Position numbers and translations under genes: made by a program
Notes under the pieces: model-generated
Databases searched by the model: none
What the model was told of the DNA's origin: nothing
What the model saw: only the letters and a program-made list of their open reading frames with translations
In this document: piece after piece, positions 28,265-37,785 of the stretch
Position numbering within the stretch: position 1 is the stretch's first letter
Layout: the number at the start of each line of letters is the position of its first letter
Assembly (NCBI GenBank): GCA_027364875.1
Contig: DAHXON010000002.1
Coordinates: 25,192 to 89,191, forward strand
Source: Chloroflexota bacterium
GTDB lineage: Bacteria; Chloroflexota; Limnocylindria; Limnocylindrales; CSP1-4
Direction: 5' to 3'
DNA length: 64,000 nucleotides

Positions 28265-29242
28265 ATGGAGTCGGTCTTTGCCACTGGCCTGCGATCAGCT
28301 GCCCGGAGTCCGAGCCGCCTGGCTTACCTGAGGGGAGCGCTGCTCGTACTGGGGACTGGGGTTCTCTTCGGGACCATCTCGACTCTGACCAACCTTGCGG
28401 GACGAGAGGGTATGAGTTCGTCCACGTTCACGACCCTTCGAGCGCTGATCGGCGTCCTGGGCCTGAGCGTGGTAGTGGCATGGAATGCCGAGGACTGGTC
28501 CTGGTCGAGCACTCCGACTCGCCAGCGCATCGCTCTCCTGATCGCCGCGACTGCGAACGGGCTGACTAACCTGGCGCTCTTCGCCTCATACGGCCTCATG
28601 GCTGTTGCTTTTGCCGTTGCGATCTACTTCTCCTATCCGGTGCTGGTGACCGTGATGTCCGTCTGGCTCGGACGCGAACGTCTGACCGGTGCTCGAATCG
28701 CCGGTGTCGTCATTACCCTGGGCGGGTTGCTGCTGGTCCTGTTGAGCCGGGCGAGTGGCGCGGCCAGCCTTTCCGCTCTCGGGCTGGCCTGCGCGGGCGC
28801 GGCGGCCGCGTCCCAGGCTGTCTATTTCGTGGTCTCGCGGGCCGGCTACCCGTCGGTGCCGCCGGAACGAGCCATTCGGATCATCCTGCTGGTTGGCGGA
28901 CTCATCTCCCTCGCTGTGGTGGCCGTCCTGGGCGAGTTGAGTCCGGGCGGACTCAGATGGGTTGGCTCTCCGGCCGCCTGGCTGATCGCGCTGGCCGGAG
29001 GCATAGGGACCGCCGCTGTGGCCAAGGTGTGGCTGCTCCGGGGCATCCGTGTCGTTGGCGCGACACGGGCGGCCACGCTGATGACCAGCGAGCCGCTTCT
29101 GGGCGTGGTCCTGGCCGCCGTGGTCCTGGGCCAGCCGGTCACCGCCCTCGTGGCGATAGGTGGCTGTTGTGTCGTCGTCGGGGTCCTGCTGTCCCAGCGT
29201 CCGGCCGCCGGTGCGAAGCCGGTTACCTCGCCGGCCCGCTAG
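28265..29242 (+). CDS. EamA/DMT-family transporter
   Basis: ORF 28220..29242. The TTG at 28220 lies just upstream of the operator, so the operator would fall inside that reading frame; ATG 28265 (GGAGG upstream) is preferred. About 10 hydrophobic segments with a duplicated EamA-like architecture. Confidence 0.8.
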   Translation: MESVFATGLRSAARSPSRLAYLRGALLVLGTGVLFGTISTLTNLAGREGMSSSTFTTLRALIGVLGLSVVVAWNAEDWSWSSTPTRQRIALLIAATANGLTNLALFASYGLMAVAFAVAIYFSYPVLVTVMSVWLGRERLTGARIAGVVITLGGLLLVLLSRASGAASLSALGLACAGAAAASQAVYFVVSRAGYPSVPPERAIRIILLVGGLISLAVVAVLGELSPGGLRWVGSPAAWLIALAGGIGTAAVAKVWLLRGIRVVGATRAATLMTSEPLLGVVLAAVVLGQPVTALVAIGGCCVVVGVLLSQRPAAGAKPVTSPAR

Positions 29243-29255
29243 CCGGTTGAACGAC

Positions 29256-30086
29256 CTACCAGGCCGTCCACCCGCCGTCGACGATGAGGTTCGAGCCGGT
29301 CATGTAGGCAGAGGCATCCGAAACCAGGAAGATCATCGCGCCGTTGAAATCGTCCGCCCTGGCCATGCGACCGATCGGGATGCGGGCGGTGTAGTTGGCC
29401 TGGAAGGTGGCATCCTGCGTCTCGCGTCCGACGCCGGAGGGGGTCAGCGTGTTGACCCGGATCCCCTGGCGGCCCCAGTAGGTGGCGCAGTAGCGAGTCA
29501 GGTTGTAGACGCCCGATTTGGCGGCGCTGTAGGCGACCGGTTTGACGAACGCGATGCCGGTCCGTTCCTTTCGGTAGGCGTAGATGTCCTGAACCGGCGA
29601 GACCATGCCGTAGATCGAACCGACGTTGACGATCGAACCCGGTTTGCCGGCCTTGCGCATTCGTGCTCCTACCGCCTGAATCATCAGGAACGTGCCGACG
29701 AGGTTTACCTCCACCACCTCGCGGAAGATCTCCTCGGGGAAGTCCTCGAACGGGCCGGAGACTTCGGGCGGGGCGCTCGGTTGCGTATCCAGGCCGGCGT
29801 TGTTGATGAGCGCATCGGGCACGCCCCATTTCGCCTCGAGGGCGTCGAGGCCAGCCCGGATCGATTCCTTGTCGGTGATGTCCACGGCGTGCAGGGACAC
29901 CCGGTCGTCGGACGCGATCTCGCCCAGAACCGGCCGGGCCGCTTCGACCGACGCGCTGCGTGAGAAGACGGCCACGCGCGCGCCTCGGGCGTTGAGCGCC
30001 CTGACCATCTCGGAGCCGATCTGGCCGAGACCACCCGTCACGACCACAACTTTGTCCATGACGGAGAAGAGCGGATCCTGAATCAT
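29256..30086 (-). CDS. SDR-family oxidoreductase
   Basis: ORF 29256..30116. An AGGAGG 5 nt upstream favours ATG 30086. VVVVTGGLGQIGS, NNAG, YSAAKSG (YxxxK). Confidence 0.9.
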   Translation of the reverse strand: MIQDPLFSVMDKVVVVTGGLGQIGSEMVRALNARGARVAVFSRSASVEAARPVLGEIASDDRVSLHAVDITDKESIRAGLDALEAKWGVPDALINNAGLDTQPSAPPEVSGPFEDFPEEIFREVVEVNLVGTFLMIQAVGARMRKAGKPGSIVNVGSIYGMVSPVQDIYAYRKERTGIAFVKPVAYSAAKSGVYNLTRYCATYWGRQGIRVNTLTPSGVGRETQDATFQANYTARIPIGRMARADDFNGAMIFLVSDASAYMTGSNLIVDGGWTAW

Positions 30087-30159
30087 CGATCCCTCCTGGT
30101 CTGGCGCCGAGCTCAACTGCTCGACGGTGGGGCGGCCGAGCCGGGCCTGATTGACCAGC

Positions 30160-31074
30160 CTAGAGCCCTATGCCGGCCATGATTGCGAGAACCTCCCGAG
30201 CCGCGGCCTCAGGGTAGGGCGCCAGCGGCAGACTGACTGTCGTCGTCGCGATCGTACCGGCGTTGCGGAGTACGGTCTTGAGGGCGCCAAGCTGCGAGGC
30301 ATGGAGGCCCAGGCCGTACTTCTGGCCGACGTTCAGGATCGAGCTCACGACCGCGATGTGCTCCGCACGGCGCTGCATCTCCGCCTTGTCGCCACGGAGG
30401 TGAGCGTCGTAAAGGCCGACGAACAGGTCCGAGCAGACGTTCCCGATGCCGGGTACGACGCCGTCAGCACCGCCTTCGAGCCAGTCTCCGGCGCCCTTGT
30501 CGGTGCCGCAGATCATGGACTTGCCAGATCGATCGCCCATCTCGCGCAGGATTCGGAAAAACCCCGCTATGTCGCCGGACGTGTCCTTCAGTCCGGCGAT
30601 GACGTTCGCGCGCAGCAGCTCGATGGTCACGTCGGCGGAAAGCCTCCGGCCGACGTTGCCGGGGATGTCGTAGGCGATGATCGGGAACCTGCTTGCGGCC
30701 GCGACGGTCGCAAAGTGGGTAATGGTCTCCGCGTCGCTCACATTGGCGTAGAACGGCGCAGTCACCACGATCGCGTCTACCGGGAAATCCGAGATCCAGC
30801 GCACCTGCTCGATCACACGCGCCGTCGAGCCGTCGACGGCGCCCGCGAAGACGGGCACAGCTCCGGCTACGCTGCCGACTACGACCTCGAGCACCTGCCT
30901 GCGCGCGGCATCGTTAAGGTAGATGGCCTCGCCGCTCGACCCGAGCGCAAACACGCCGTGGACGCCCGCATCGAGCTGCCGGCGGACCAGCCGCTCCAGG
31001 CTGCTCCTGTCGACGGATCCGTCCGCGGCAAGAGGGGTGCATAGGGGCGGAATGATCCCCTTGAACGCCGTCAT
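30160..31074 (-). CDS. dihydrodipicolinate synthase/N-acetylneuraminate-lyase family aldolase (2-keto-3-deoxy-sugar-acid aldolase candidate)
   Basis: ORF 30160..31074. GIIPPLCTPL, VFALGSSGEAIYL, YDIPG, GLKDTSGD (Schiff-base Lys region). Confidence 0.85.
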   Translation of the reverse strand: MTAFKGIIPPLCTPLAADGSVDRSSLERLVRRQLDAGVHGVFALGSSGEAIYLNDAARRQVLEVVVGSVAGAVPVFAGAVDGSTARVIEQVRWISDFPVDAIVVTAPFYANVSDAETITHFATVAAASRFPIIAYDIPGNVGRRLSADVTIELLRANVIAGLKDTSGDIAGFFRILREMGDRSGKSMICGTDKGAGDWLEGGADGVVPGIGNVCSDLFVGLYDAHLRGDKAEMQRRAEHIAVVSSILNVGQKYGLGLHASQLGALKTVLRNAGTIATTTVSLPLAPYPEAAAREVLAIMAGIGL

Positions 31075-31093
31075 GTGGAGTTCCTCGTTCTCG

Positions 31094-32185
31094 TCAGGAG
31101 ACGCGGTGCTTCTCGAAGTACTCCTTGTCCCAGTCCAGGCCGTGGCCCGGCAGGCCGTTGGGAGTCATGTATCCGTCGATCACCTTGATGGGGTTGCGCA
31201 AGGCGTGAAGCGCGCTCAGCGAGCCCCCGTCGGTGTCCTCGGCAATGTAGCCGTTCGGCAGTGCGCAAAGGATCGGGGCGGAAAGCTCGAGCATGAAATG
31301 CGGCGCCATCGGCCGGCCGAAGGCCAGTGCCAGGTCCGCGATCTCCAGGTAAGGAGTGATGCCGCCGACCCGCACGAGGTCCGCCTGCACGTAGTCCACG
31401 GCGTTCTGGACCAGATAGTCGCGGAACTGGTACATCGTGTAGACGTTCTCGCCGATCCCGATCGGGGTGTCGATCTGGCGACGAAGGGCCGCGTGAGCCG
31501 GGATGTCGTCGGACTTGAGCGGTTCCTCGACCCAGGTCAGGTCGAGTCCCCGCAGCGGATTGATCCGGCGTGCGGCATATTCCGGACCCCAGCCCTGATT
31601 GGCGTCGGTCATAAGTGGCAGGTGGCCGATCACTTCGCGGATCTTCGTCAGGCGCTCGATGTCCTCGGCCACGTCGGGCTTGCCGATCTTGACCTTGAAG
31701 GACCGGTAGCCGGCGTCGTACCAGCCCTTGACCTGGTCGATCAGCTCCGACTCGGTAAGGCCGAGGTTGATGCCGCTCGCGTAGACGGGGATCTTCTCGC
31801 GGAAGCGGCCGAGCATATCCATGATGGACCGGTTCTGGGCGCGACCGACGAGGTCCCACAGGGCAATGTCCACGGCGCCGAGGGCATGCGTGGTCACGCC
31901 GGCGCCTCCCAGGTCGTGAAGGAAGTGCCAGGCCTCATGCCAGAGGGCGCGAGGCGAGATCTCCTTCCCGACCAGGAAGGGCGTCAGGCTGTACTTGATG
32001 ACCGACTCGATCGTCTTGCCGCCGTCGCCGGACGTGTGGCTGATACCGGTGCCGACGACTCCGGTGTCGGATCTGATCTCCACCAGCACCAGCTCGATGT
32101 GAGTCACGTGGTGGATCGTGTCGCGCCAGTCCCCCTTGAGCAGGGGGAGCCGGGCGACGGTCGTTTCGATGGACTCGATTCTCAT
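31094..32185 (-). CDS. enolase-superfamily (mandelate racemase/muconate lactonizing) sugar-acid dehydratase candidate
   Basis: ATG 32185 within ORF 31094..32542. MRIESIETTVARLPL..., FKVKIGKP, MTDANQGW, WVEEP, IGIGEN. Confidence 0.9.
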   Translation of the reverse strand: MRIESIETTVARLPLLKGDWRDTIHHVTHIELVLVEIRSDTGVVGTGISHTSGDGGKTIESVIKYSLTPFLVGKEISPRALWHEAWHFLHDLGGAGVTTHALGAVDIALWDLVGRAQNRSIMDMLGRFREKIPVYASGINLGLTESELIDQVKGWYDAGYRSFKVKIGKPDVAEDIERLTKIREVIGHLPLMTDANQGWGPEYAARRINPLRGLDLTWVEEPLKSDDIPAHAALRRQIDTPIGIGENVYTMYQFRDYLVQNAVDYVQADLVRVGGITPYLEIADLALAFGRPMAPHFMLELSAPILCALPNGYIAEDTDGGSLSALHALRNPIKVIDGYMTPNGLPGHGLDWDKEYFEKHRVS

Positions 32186-32238
32186 GCGGGGCGGCCTTTC
32201 ATCGGTCTTGCTGTCCGGGGAGGTTGGAGAGCCTGCGG

Positions 32239-33096
32239 TCAGCCCTTGACGGCTCCGGACGACAGGCCGGCGACAAGTCCCTTCTGGGCGTACATGAAGC
32301 CGATCAGGATCGGGATCGAGGCAAGGACGCCGCCCGCGGTCAGGAACTCCCAGCGGATCAGGTTCTCGCCGACGAACAGGCTCAGTCCAACCGGCATAGT
32401 CCGAGTGGAATTGCTGAAGGTGAACGTCATCGCGAACAGGAACTCGTTCCAGGAGTAGATGAACGCGTAGGTGGCGGCGGCAGTGATCCCCGGGCGGGCG
32501 AGCGGCAGAATGATGTGCCGGAACGCCTGCCACTTGGAGCAACCGTCCACATAGGCCGCCTCTTCTATCTCCCGCGGGATCTGATCGACGAAGCCCTTGA
32601 TCAGCCAGGTGCTGAACGCTAGCGCGAACGCGGTGTCGACAAGTACCAGGCCGATCTTGTTGTCGATGAGCCCGATCGTCTTGAGCTCCACGTACAGCGG
32701 GACGATCAGCAGAATGCTCGGGAACAGCTGCATGAACAGCACCCCGGCCAGCACGACGCTACGTCCCCGGAACCTGTAGCGGGACAGGGCCGTACCGGCC
32801 AGGAGGGCACAGGCGACCGTCAGCACGACCGTGCCGACCGCCACCTCGATGCTGTTCACCAGGTACTCGAAGAAGGGCGTCTCGGTGAGGAGTGACGGGA
32901 AGGCCGCCAGGGTCGGGTGGCTCGGGAAGAGGATGATCGAGGACAGATCGGACGGCGGCGTGATCGAGGTGATGAACATCCATACGTACGGACCGAGCAC
33001 TCCCACCAACCAGGCCGCGATCAAGAAGTAGATCGGGCGGATTCTGCTGAGCTGGGGGACCTTCGAGACGGAGGCTCGAGAGTTGGCGGCGCTCAT
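32239..33096 (-). CDS. carbohydrate ABC transporter permease (MalG/UgpE-like)
   Basis: ORF 32239..33096. EAAYVDGCSKWQAFRHIILPLARPG (EAA loop). ATGA overlap with the upstream permease. Confidence 0.9.
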   Translation of the reverse strand: MSAANSRASVSKVPQLSRIRPIYFLIAAWLVGVLGPYVWMFITSITPPSDLSSIILFPSHPTLAAFPSLLTETPFFEYLVNSIEVAVGTVVLTVACALLAGTALSRYRFRGRSVVLAGVLFMQLFPSILLIVPLYVELKTIGLIDNKIGLVLVDTAFALAFSTWLIKGFVDQIPREIEEAAYVDGCSKWQAFRHIILPLARPGITAAATYAFIYSWNEFLFAMTFTFSNSTRTMPVGLSLFVGENLIRWEFLTAGGVLASIPILIGFMYAQKGLVAGLSSGAVKG

Positions 33097-33896
33097 GCGA
33101 TGTCGCTCTTCCTAATCTGGCGCATGTAGAGGACCACGAGGATCGCGAGGAACGCGGCCTGGGCGACCGCCAGAGCCGCACCCAGTCCGAAGTCCATGCC
33201 TCGGTAGGCAGTCTGGTAGGCGTAGAGCGGAACCGTCAGCGAGGCGTTCGCCGGACCGCCGTTGGTCAGGATCAGGATCAGGTCGAAGAAGTTGGCGGTC
33301 CAGATGAGGCGCAGCGTGGTGGTGATCAGCACCGCGGGAAGGATCAGCGGGAGCACGACGCGCCAGAACGTATTCCAGGCATTCGCGCCGTCGATCCTGG
33401 CCGCCTCGAGAAGCTCATGCGGTACTGACTGCAGCGCCGCGAGAATCATCACCGCGAAAAACGGGATGCCGAACCAGACGTCGATGAAGATGAGGGTCGG
33501 CAGCGCCGTCCCCGGGTCGGAGAGCCATGGCTGGGCGCCGATCCCGATGAACCCCAGCATCCGGTTGGCGATGCCGAGGTTGGGATCGAGGATCCACATC
33601 CACATCAGGGCGATGAGGACGCTCGGCGTGGCCCAGGGCAGCAGGACCAGGCCGCGAATGAGACCGCGGAACTTGATGTTCTGGTTCAGGGCGAGCGCGC
33701 CGATCATTCCGAAGAGGAGCTGGAAGAAGACGGCGCCGAAGGTCCACCAGAGCGAGTTGACCAGGGCGGTGTAGAAGACCGGATCCGCCAGCATCGCCCT
33801 GAAGTTGTCCAGGCCGATGAGGGTCTGTTCGCTCAGGTTCAGCAGGTTCGTGGACGTGAACGACAGATACACCGCGTTGATCGCCGGCCAGATCAT
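33093..33896 (-). CDS. carbohydrate ABC transporter permease (MalF/UgpA-like), N-terminus unusually short
   Basis: ORF 33093..33896. EAARIDGANAWNTFWRVVLPL (EAA loop). Only 11 sense codons (ITEALLILIGF) lie upstream of the ATG before an in-frame stop. Confidence 0.8.
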   Translation of the reverse strand: MIWPAINAVYLSFTSTNLLNLSEQTLIGLDNFRAMLADPVFYTALVNSLWWTFGAVFFQLLFGMIGALALNQNIKFRGLIRGLVLLPWATPSVLIALMWMWILDPNLGIANRMLGFIGIGAQPWLSDPGTALPTLIFIDVWFGIPFFAVMILAALQSVPHELLEAARIDGANAWNTFWRVVLPLILPAVLITTTLRLIWTANFFDLILILTNGGPANASLTVPLYAYQTAYRGMDFGLGAALAVAQAAFLAILVVLYMRQIRKSDIA

Positions 33897-33934
33897 GAAC
33901 CCGATCAGGATCAGGAGCGCCTCGGTGATCTAGC

Positions 33935-35257
33935 CTATTTGCCGGTTGACAGCGTGTTGCCCACACCGTCGATGACGGCGTCGGCGCTGTTCTTCCCGGT
34001 CAGTGCGCCCTGGAACAGGGGCTGCCAGGTCTTCTGGGTGGCGACGGTAGTACCGGGGATCGGCGGCCAGGCGGTGACGGAATTCGCCGCGGCCTGGATC
34101 GAGATCTGCATGTACTTGTTGGAGGCGAACTGCGGGTCGTTGGCGACCGAGGTCACGACCGGCAGGTAGCCGTTGGTCGACTTCGTGATCGCCAGCTGCG
34201 CCTGCGTCTCGGCAAGGAAGGAAATCCACTTGAAGGCGGCTTCCTTCTTGGTGCTGGCGGCGAGGACGGCATTGGCGTTCATGGTGCCCATGTACGTCGT
34301 CTTGGTCGGGTCGCCGGTGGCGGACGGGATCAGGGCGACGCCGGTCTTGGCGGAATCCCACTTGTCGAGGGTCTTGGCGAGCCCGAGGTGGTTGATGATC
34401 ATGGCTGCGGTGCCGGCCTCGAAGTTCGAGGTGATCTGGGCGTAGCCGTCGTTGATGGCGCCAGGGTTGGTGTAGTCAGGGTACGTCGAGATGTACAGGT
34501 TGTTCGAGGTCTTGGCCGCTGCGCTGCTGAATGCAACCTTGCCGGTCGAGTCCAGGAACTGCGCGCCGCCCGCAACGAGGAAGGCAGCCCACTGGTCCTG
34601 GCCGTTCGCGCCACCCCGGATGTCGAAGCCATAGACCTTGTCGGACGGGTGGGTCAGGGCCTTGGCGGCCGCGACGAACTCTTCCTGGGTCTTCGGGACG
34701 GTGACGCCGTACTTCTGGAAGAGGTCGATGCGGTAGTACATGTAGAACATGAGGAACTTGTTCGGCATGGCGTAGATCGTCTGGCCGTCGGGTCCCTTGA
34801 CGAACGACCACATGCTCGGGATGACGTCGGCCTTGCCGGACCAGGCATCGATCTGGGTGTTCAGCGGCTCCAGGACCTTGGCCTGGATCAACTGGCCGAA
34901 CATGTTCGTGTTGAGGTGGGTGGCGTCGGGCGCATTGCCGGCGGCAATCGCGTTGACCAGGCTCTGGTAGAAGTTCGGCTGGGCGATCGACGACTGAATG
35001 TTGACGTGGATCCCGTACAGCTGCTCGAACTGGTTCGCCAGCGTCTGGATGGTCGTGTCAGTGACGTCGTCCTGCCAGTACCAGTAGTTGATGCTGGTGA
35101 CCTTGGCGGGCGCGGCCGTCGGGGTAGCCGTCGGGGCGGCCGTCTGCGGCGCTCCGGAAGCAGCGTTGGTGGTCGGCGACGGAGTCGTGCTCGCACTCGA
35201 GCATCCGGCGACCACGAGAGCGACTACGGTCGCGATGGTTGCCATGCGTCTTAGCAT
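33935..35257 (-). CDS. ABC transporter extracellular sugar-binding lipoprotein (family 1 SBP)
   Basis: ORF 33935..35290. A GGAGAGGA upstream favours ATG 35257. Lipobox MLRRMATIATVVALVVAGCSS followed by a Thr/Pro/Ala linker. Confidence 0.9.
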   Translation of the reverse strand: MLRRMATIATVVALVVAGCSSASTTPSPTTNAASGAPQTAAPTATPTAAPAKVTSINYWYWQDDVTDTTIQTLANQFEQLYGIHVNIQSSIAQPNFYQSLVNAIAAGNAPDATHLNTNMFGQLIQAKVLEPLNTQIDAWSGKADVIPSMWSFVKGPDGQTIYAMPNKFLMFYMYYRIDLFQKYGVTVPKTQEEFVAAAKALTHPSDKVYGFDIRGGANGQDQWAAFLVAGGAQFLDSTGKVAFSSAAAKTSNNLYISTYPDYTNPGAINDGYAQITSNFEAGTAAMIINHLGLAKTLDKWDSAKTGVALIPSATGDPTKTTYMGTMNANAVLAASTKKEAAFKWISFLAETQAQLAITKSTNGYLPVVTSVANDPQFASNKYMQISIQAAANSVTAWPPIPGTTVATQKTWQPLFQGALTGKNSADAVIDGVGNTLSTGK

Positions 35258-35620
35258 TTGCGTGTCCTCTCCCCTGAAGATGTGGGCCAAGCCATCCTGG
35301 ACGTACGTACCGGAAGTCCCGGCGCCTTAGAGACGATAGGCTCGGGAATCAGGCGGACTCCACCTCCTTCGACCGCTCATGGCGCAGGGGCATCAGTGGC
35401 CACTTCGTGTAACGGGTCTGCCGTCAGGGAACTCGGGAACCGCGATTTGGGCTCGCCCTAGATGAGCCATGAACTTGCCTTCGCGATGGACGCAGCTTCA
35501 GGCAGAGGCGCCACACGGCCGTCGAACGTCATTCGGGGTTCGTGGAAACGGCAGGAGAACCTCGGAAGTGACGACGATACGGCCGCGGCCACATGGGCGC
35601 TTTCTGCGTTGCTACCGCGT

Positions 35621-35646
35621 ACAAAACGCTTCGCGAAACGTTCCAC
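35621..35646. promoter_or_regulatory. 26-bp bipartite LacI-type operator, site c
   Basis: acaaaacgcttcgcgaaacgttccac. Lies 364 nt upstream of the SBP start inside a 617-bp non-coding gap. Confidence 0.5.
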
Positions 35647-35874
35647 ACCGCGCAGTGTACCCAATTTGTCAAGGCACCGTCGGGACACTGCGGCAGGAAG
35701 CCGCCGAGGGGTCGAACCCTCCCGGTAGGTGGGTCCGCGCGCAATCTTCCCGTCTCACGGGGAGGTCGGCGAACAGCCGGCGCCCCAACCGCCAGGCTCA
35801 CGGCCTGCGATTTCGGCCGTCAGGCACGATGCCGAGAGCGGCCCGGCCGTGGGTCGTATCACCGGGGAGTCGGT

Positions 35875-36736
35875 TCAGCTGGTGAAGCAATCACGGAGGA
35901 GGCGCAGGGCCGGCGCCGCCTGTTCGGGCGTGACGTCCTGGACTATCAGCGGAGCGCTCAGGCCGAGCCTCGAGTAGAGCTGAGCCACGTGGCGGTAGTC
36001 GACGACTCCTCGACCCTCGAGCGCCTCCTGCCACGGGATGACGTCTTTGGCGTGGAGGCAGACGATCCGGTCGGCGAGGGCTACGAAAGAACGCTCGAGC
36101 ACTTCGTGATGAGTGGCCCGCGAGTGTCCGGCGAGCAGGTTCGCCGAGTCGGCTACGATTCCCACGAGGTCACCGTCGCGGCCAAGCTCTGAGTAGAGTC
36201 GCACCGCAGCCTCGGCGTCGTTGATCACATTCCCGTGCTCGGGCTCGATCCCGAGCACCCCCCCCCCCCCCCCCCCCCACGCCCGCGGGCGCCGCGGCGG
36301 CCAGCAGGATGTCGAGCTCCGCCCGCATGTCTCCCCAGGCCGCCTTGCTCGAGTTGTCCGGGTGATAGGCCCACATGCGGTCGGGGTGCCTGCTGCCCGT
36401 ACAGAGCGTCACCGCCCGCGCCCCAAACGCGGCGGCGTGGCCGATCAGCTCGACGGCCTTCTCGGTGCCTGAGCGGCGGACGGTCGGATCAGGGTGGGCC
36501 ATGTTGTAGGAACAGGAGACACCCCAACAGGACACACCGGCGGAGGCGAAAGCGGCACGCACAATCGCCGGATCAAGCTGACGCCACTCGGCGGGCTCCG
36601 GGATGGTCGAGAAGCCGATGGCCTTGAGGTTGAGTTGGGCGAGTGTGTAGCCCGCGTCCGCGATCGCCTTTGCGACGTTCGGGGCAGGCCCGATCGGAAA
36701 GACCCGGGCGAAGATTCCGAACTCCGGGGCCGTCAT
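35875..36736 (-). pseudogene. xylose-isomerase-like TIM-barrel sugar-phosphate isomerase/epimerase (IolE/IolH-like) interrupted by a frameshift in a poly-G/C tract
   Basis: N-part is ORF 36170..36736 (MTAPEFGIFARVFP...LLAAAAPAGVGGGGGGG then out of frame). C-part is ORF 35875..36258 (VLGIEPEHGNVINDAEAA...CLHAKD). The two frames meet exactly at the C21 run; a run of 20 or 23 would restore a single ORF. Confidence 0.75.
36258..36278. repeat. homopolymer: 21 consecutive C (G21 on the coding strand)
   Basis: Counted directly: 3 C at 36258-36260, 10 at 36261-36270 and 8 at 36271-36278. Confidence 0.95.
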
Positions 36737-37785
36737 CGCAGCGACACCCTGCGTCCCTGGTTCGCGCAGCTATCCGCCACGGCCTCGATCAATCGGACTG
36801 CCGCGACGCCTTCCTGCGGTGACGGGTCCGTGGGCAGGTCGTCGAGGACGGCCCGCCCGAACGCCTCGAGCTGTCGCTTGAACGGATTCGTGTCGCCGAA
36901 ATGCGGTACCTGCGCGACCCGTTCCGACTCGACATACAACTCGACATAGCTGCCGGCCTTCGTAAACACGTACGGCGAGCGGACCTTGATGTGGCCCAAC
37001 TCCCCGTAGATGTCGGTTCCTTCGGACCACTCACTGTGAACGCTGGCCGATATTTCGAACGAAGCGAGGCCGCCGCCGGCGGCGATGCCCGCGGTGCCGT
37101 GCCAGGTGTAGTCCCCATCCCGAGTCGCGGTGTGGGCGCTGATCCAGTCGAACTCGCCGCCGAAGAACTGCATCGTGTCCAGGACGTGGGCGCCGTGCGT
37201 CGCCAGCCGGTAGCGCATCGCGTCGGCTTTGACGCCGGCCTCGACCTTCTTGACGGCCTCGTCTTCGACGACGATCGGGTAAAGGGTCTGCAGGATCTCG
37301 GCACGAGAGGCCTTCATGACGCGATACCACGTGACCAGACTGAGGATCCGGCCGATCCGATCCAGGTTGGACCGGGCATAGGCAAGGCCCGGGTCATGGC
37401 GCTTCATCGTGCCCGTCTGCAGCTTGACGCCGCGTGCCGCCGCGGCATCCGCCAGCTGCCGCGCCTCGGCCGAAGTGGTCGCAAGAGGCTTTTCCATGAG
37501 GACGTGCTTGCCGAGCTCGATGGCGCGCAAACCCAGCTGAAGATGGAAACGATCCGGCGCCGCCACGATGACCGCGTCGAGATCCTGGGCCAGCAGCTCC
37601 TCGGTGACCGTGAACGACGGGACGCCGTACTGTGCTCCGACCGCCGTGGCCAGCCGCGTGGATGGATCGCTCACTCCCACGAGCCGAACGTTCGAGGTCT
37701 TCGCTATCGCGGGCAGATGGGCGATCTGAGCGATGCGCCCACAACCGATTACGCCGATTGCGATCTGTCGGCCGGTTCTAGTCAC
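36733..37785 (-). CDS. Gfo/Idh/MocA-family oxidoreductase (inositol 2-dehydrogenase-like)
   Basis: ORF 36733..37785. IAIGVIGCGRIAQIAHLPA, HVLMEKPLA. Confidence 0.9.
   Translation of the reverse strand: MTRTGRQIAIGVIGCGRIAQIAHLPAIAKTSNVRLVGVSDPSTRLATAVGAQYGVPSFTVTEELLAQDLDAVIVAAPDRFHLQLGLRAIELGKHVLMEKPLATTSAEARQLADAAAARGVKLQTGTMKRHDPGLAYARSNLDRIGRILSLVTWYRVMKASRAEILQTLYPIVVEDEAVKKVEAGVKADAMRYRLATHGAHVLDTMQFFGGEFDWISAHTATRDGDYTWHGTAGIAAGGGLASFEISASVHSEWSEGTDIYGELGHIKVRSPYVFTKAGSYVELYVESERVAQVPHFGDTNPFKRQLEAFGRAVLDDLPTDPSPQEGVAAVRLIEAVADSCANQGRRVSLR

Noticed and set aside
35728-35745. T-arm-like sequence gaggggtcgaaccctcc, suggesting a tRNA in the long intergenic gap.
   Set aside because: On either strand the loop is 6 nt. 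The putative acceptor pairs at only 5/7 positions, and no anticodon arm can be drawn. It is not a tRNA.
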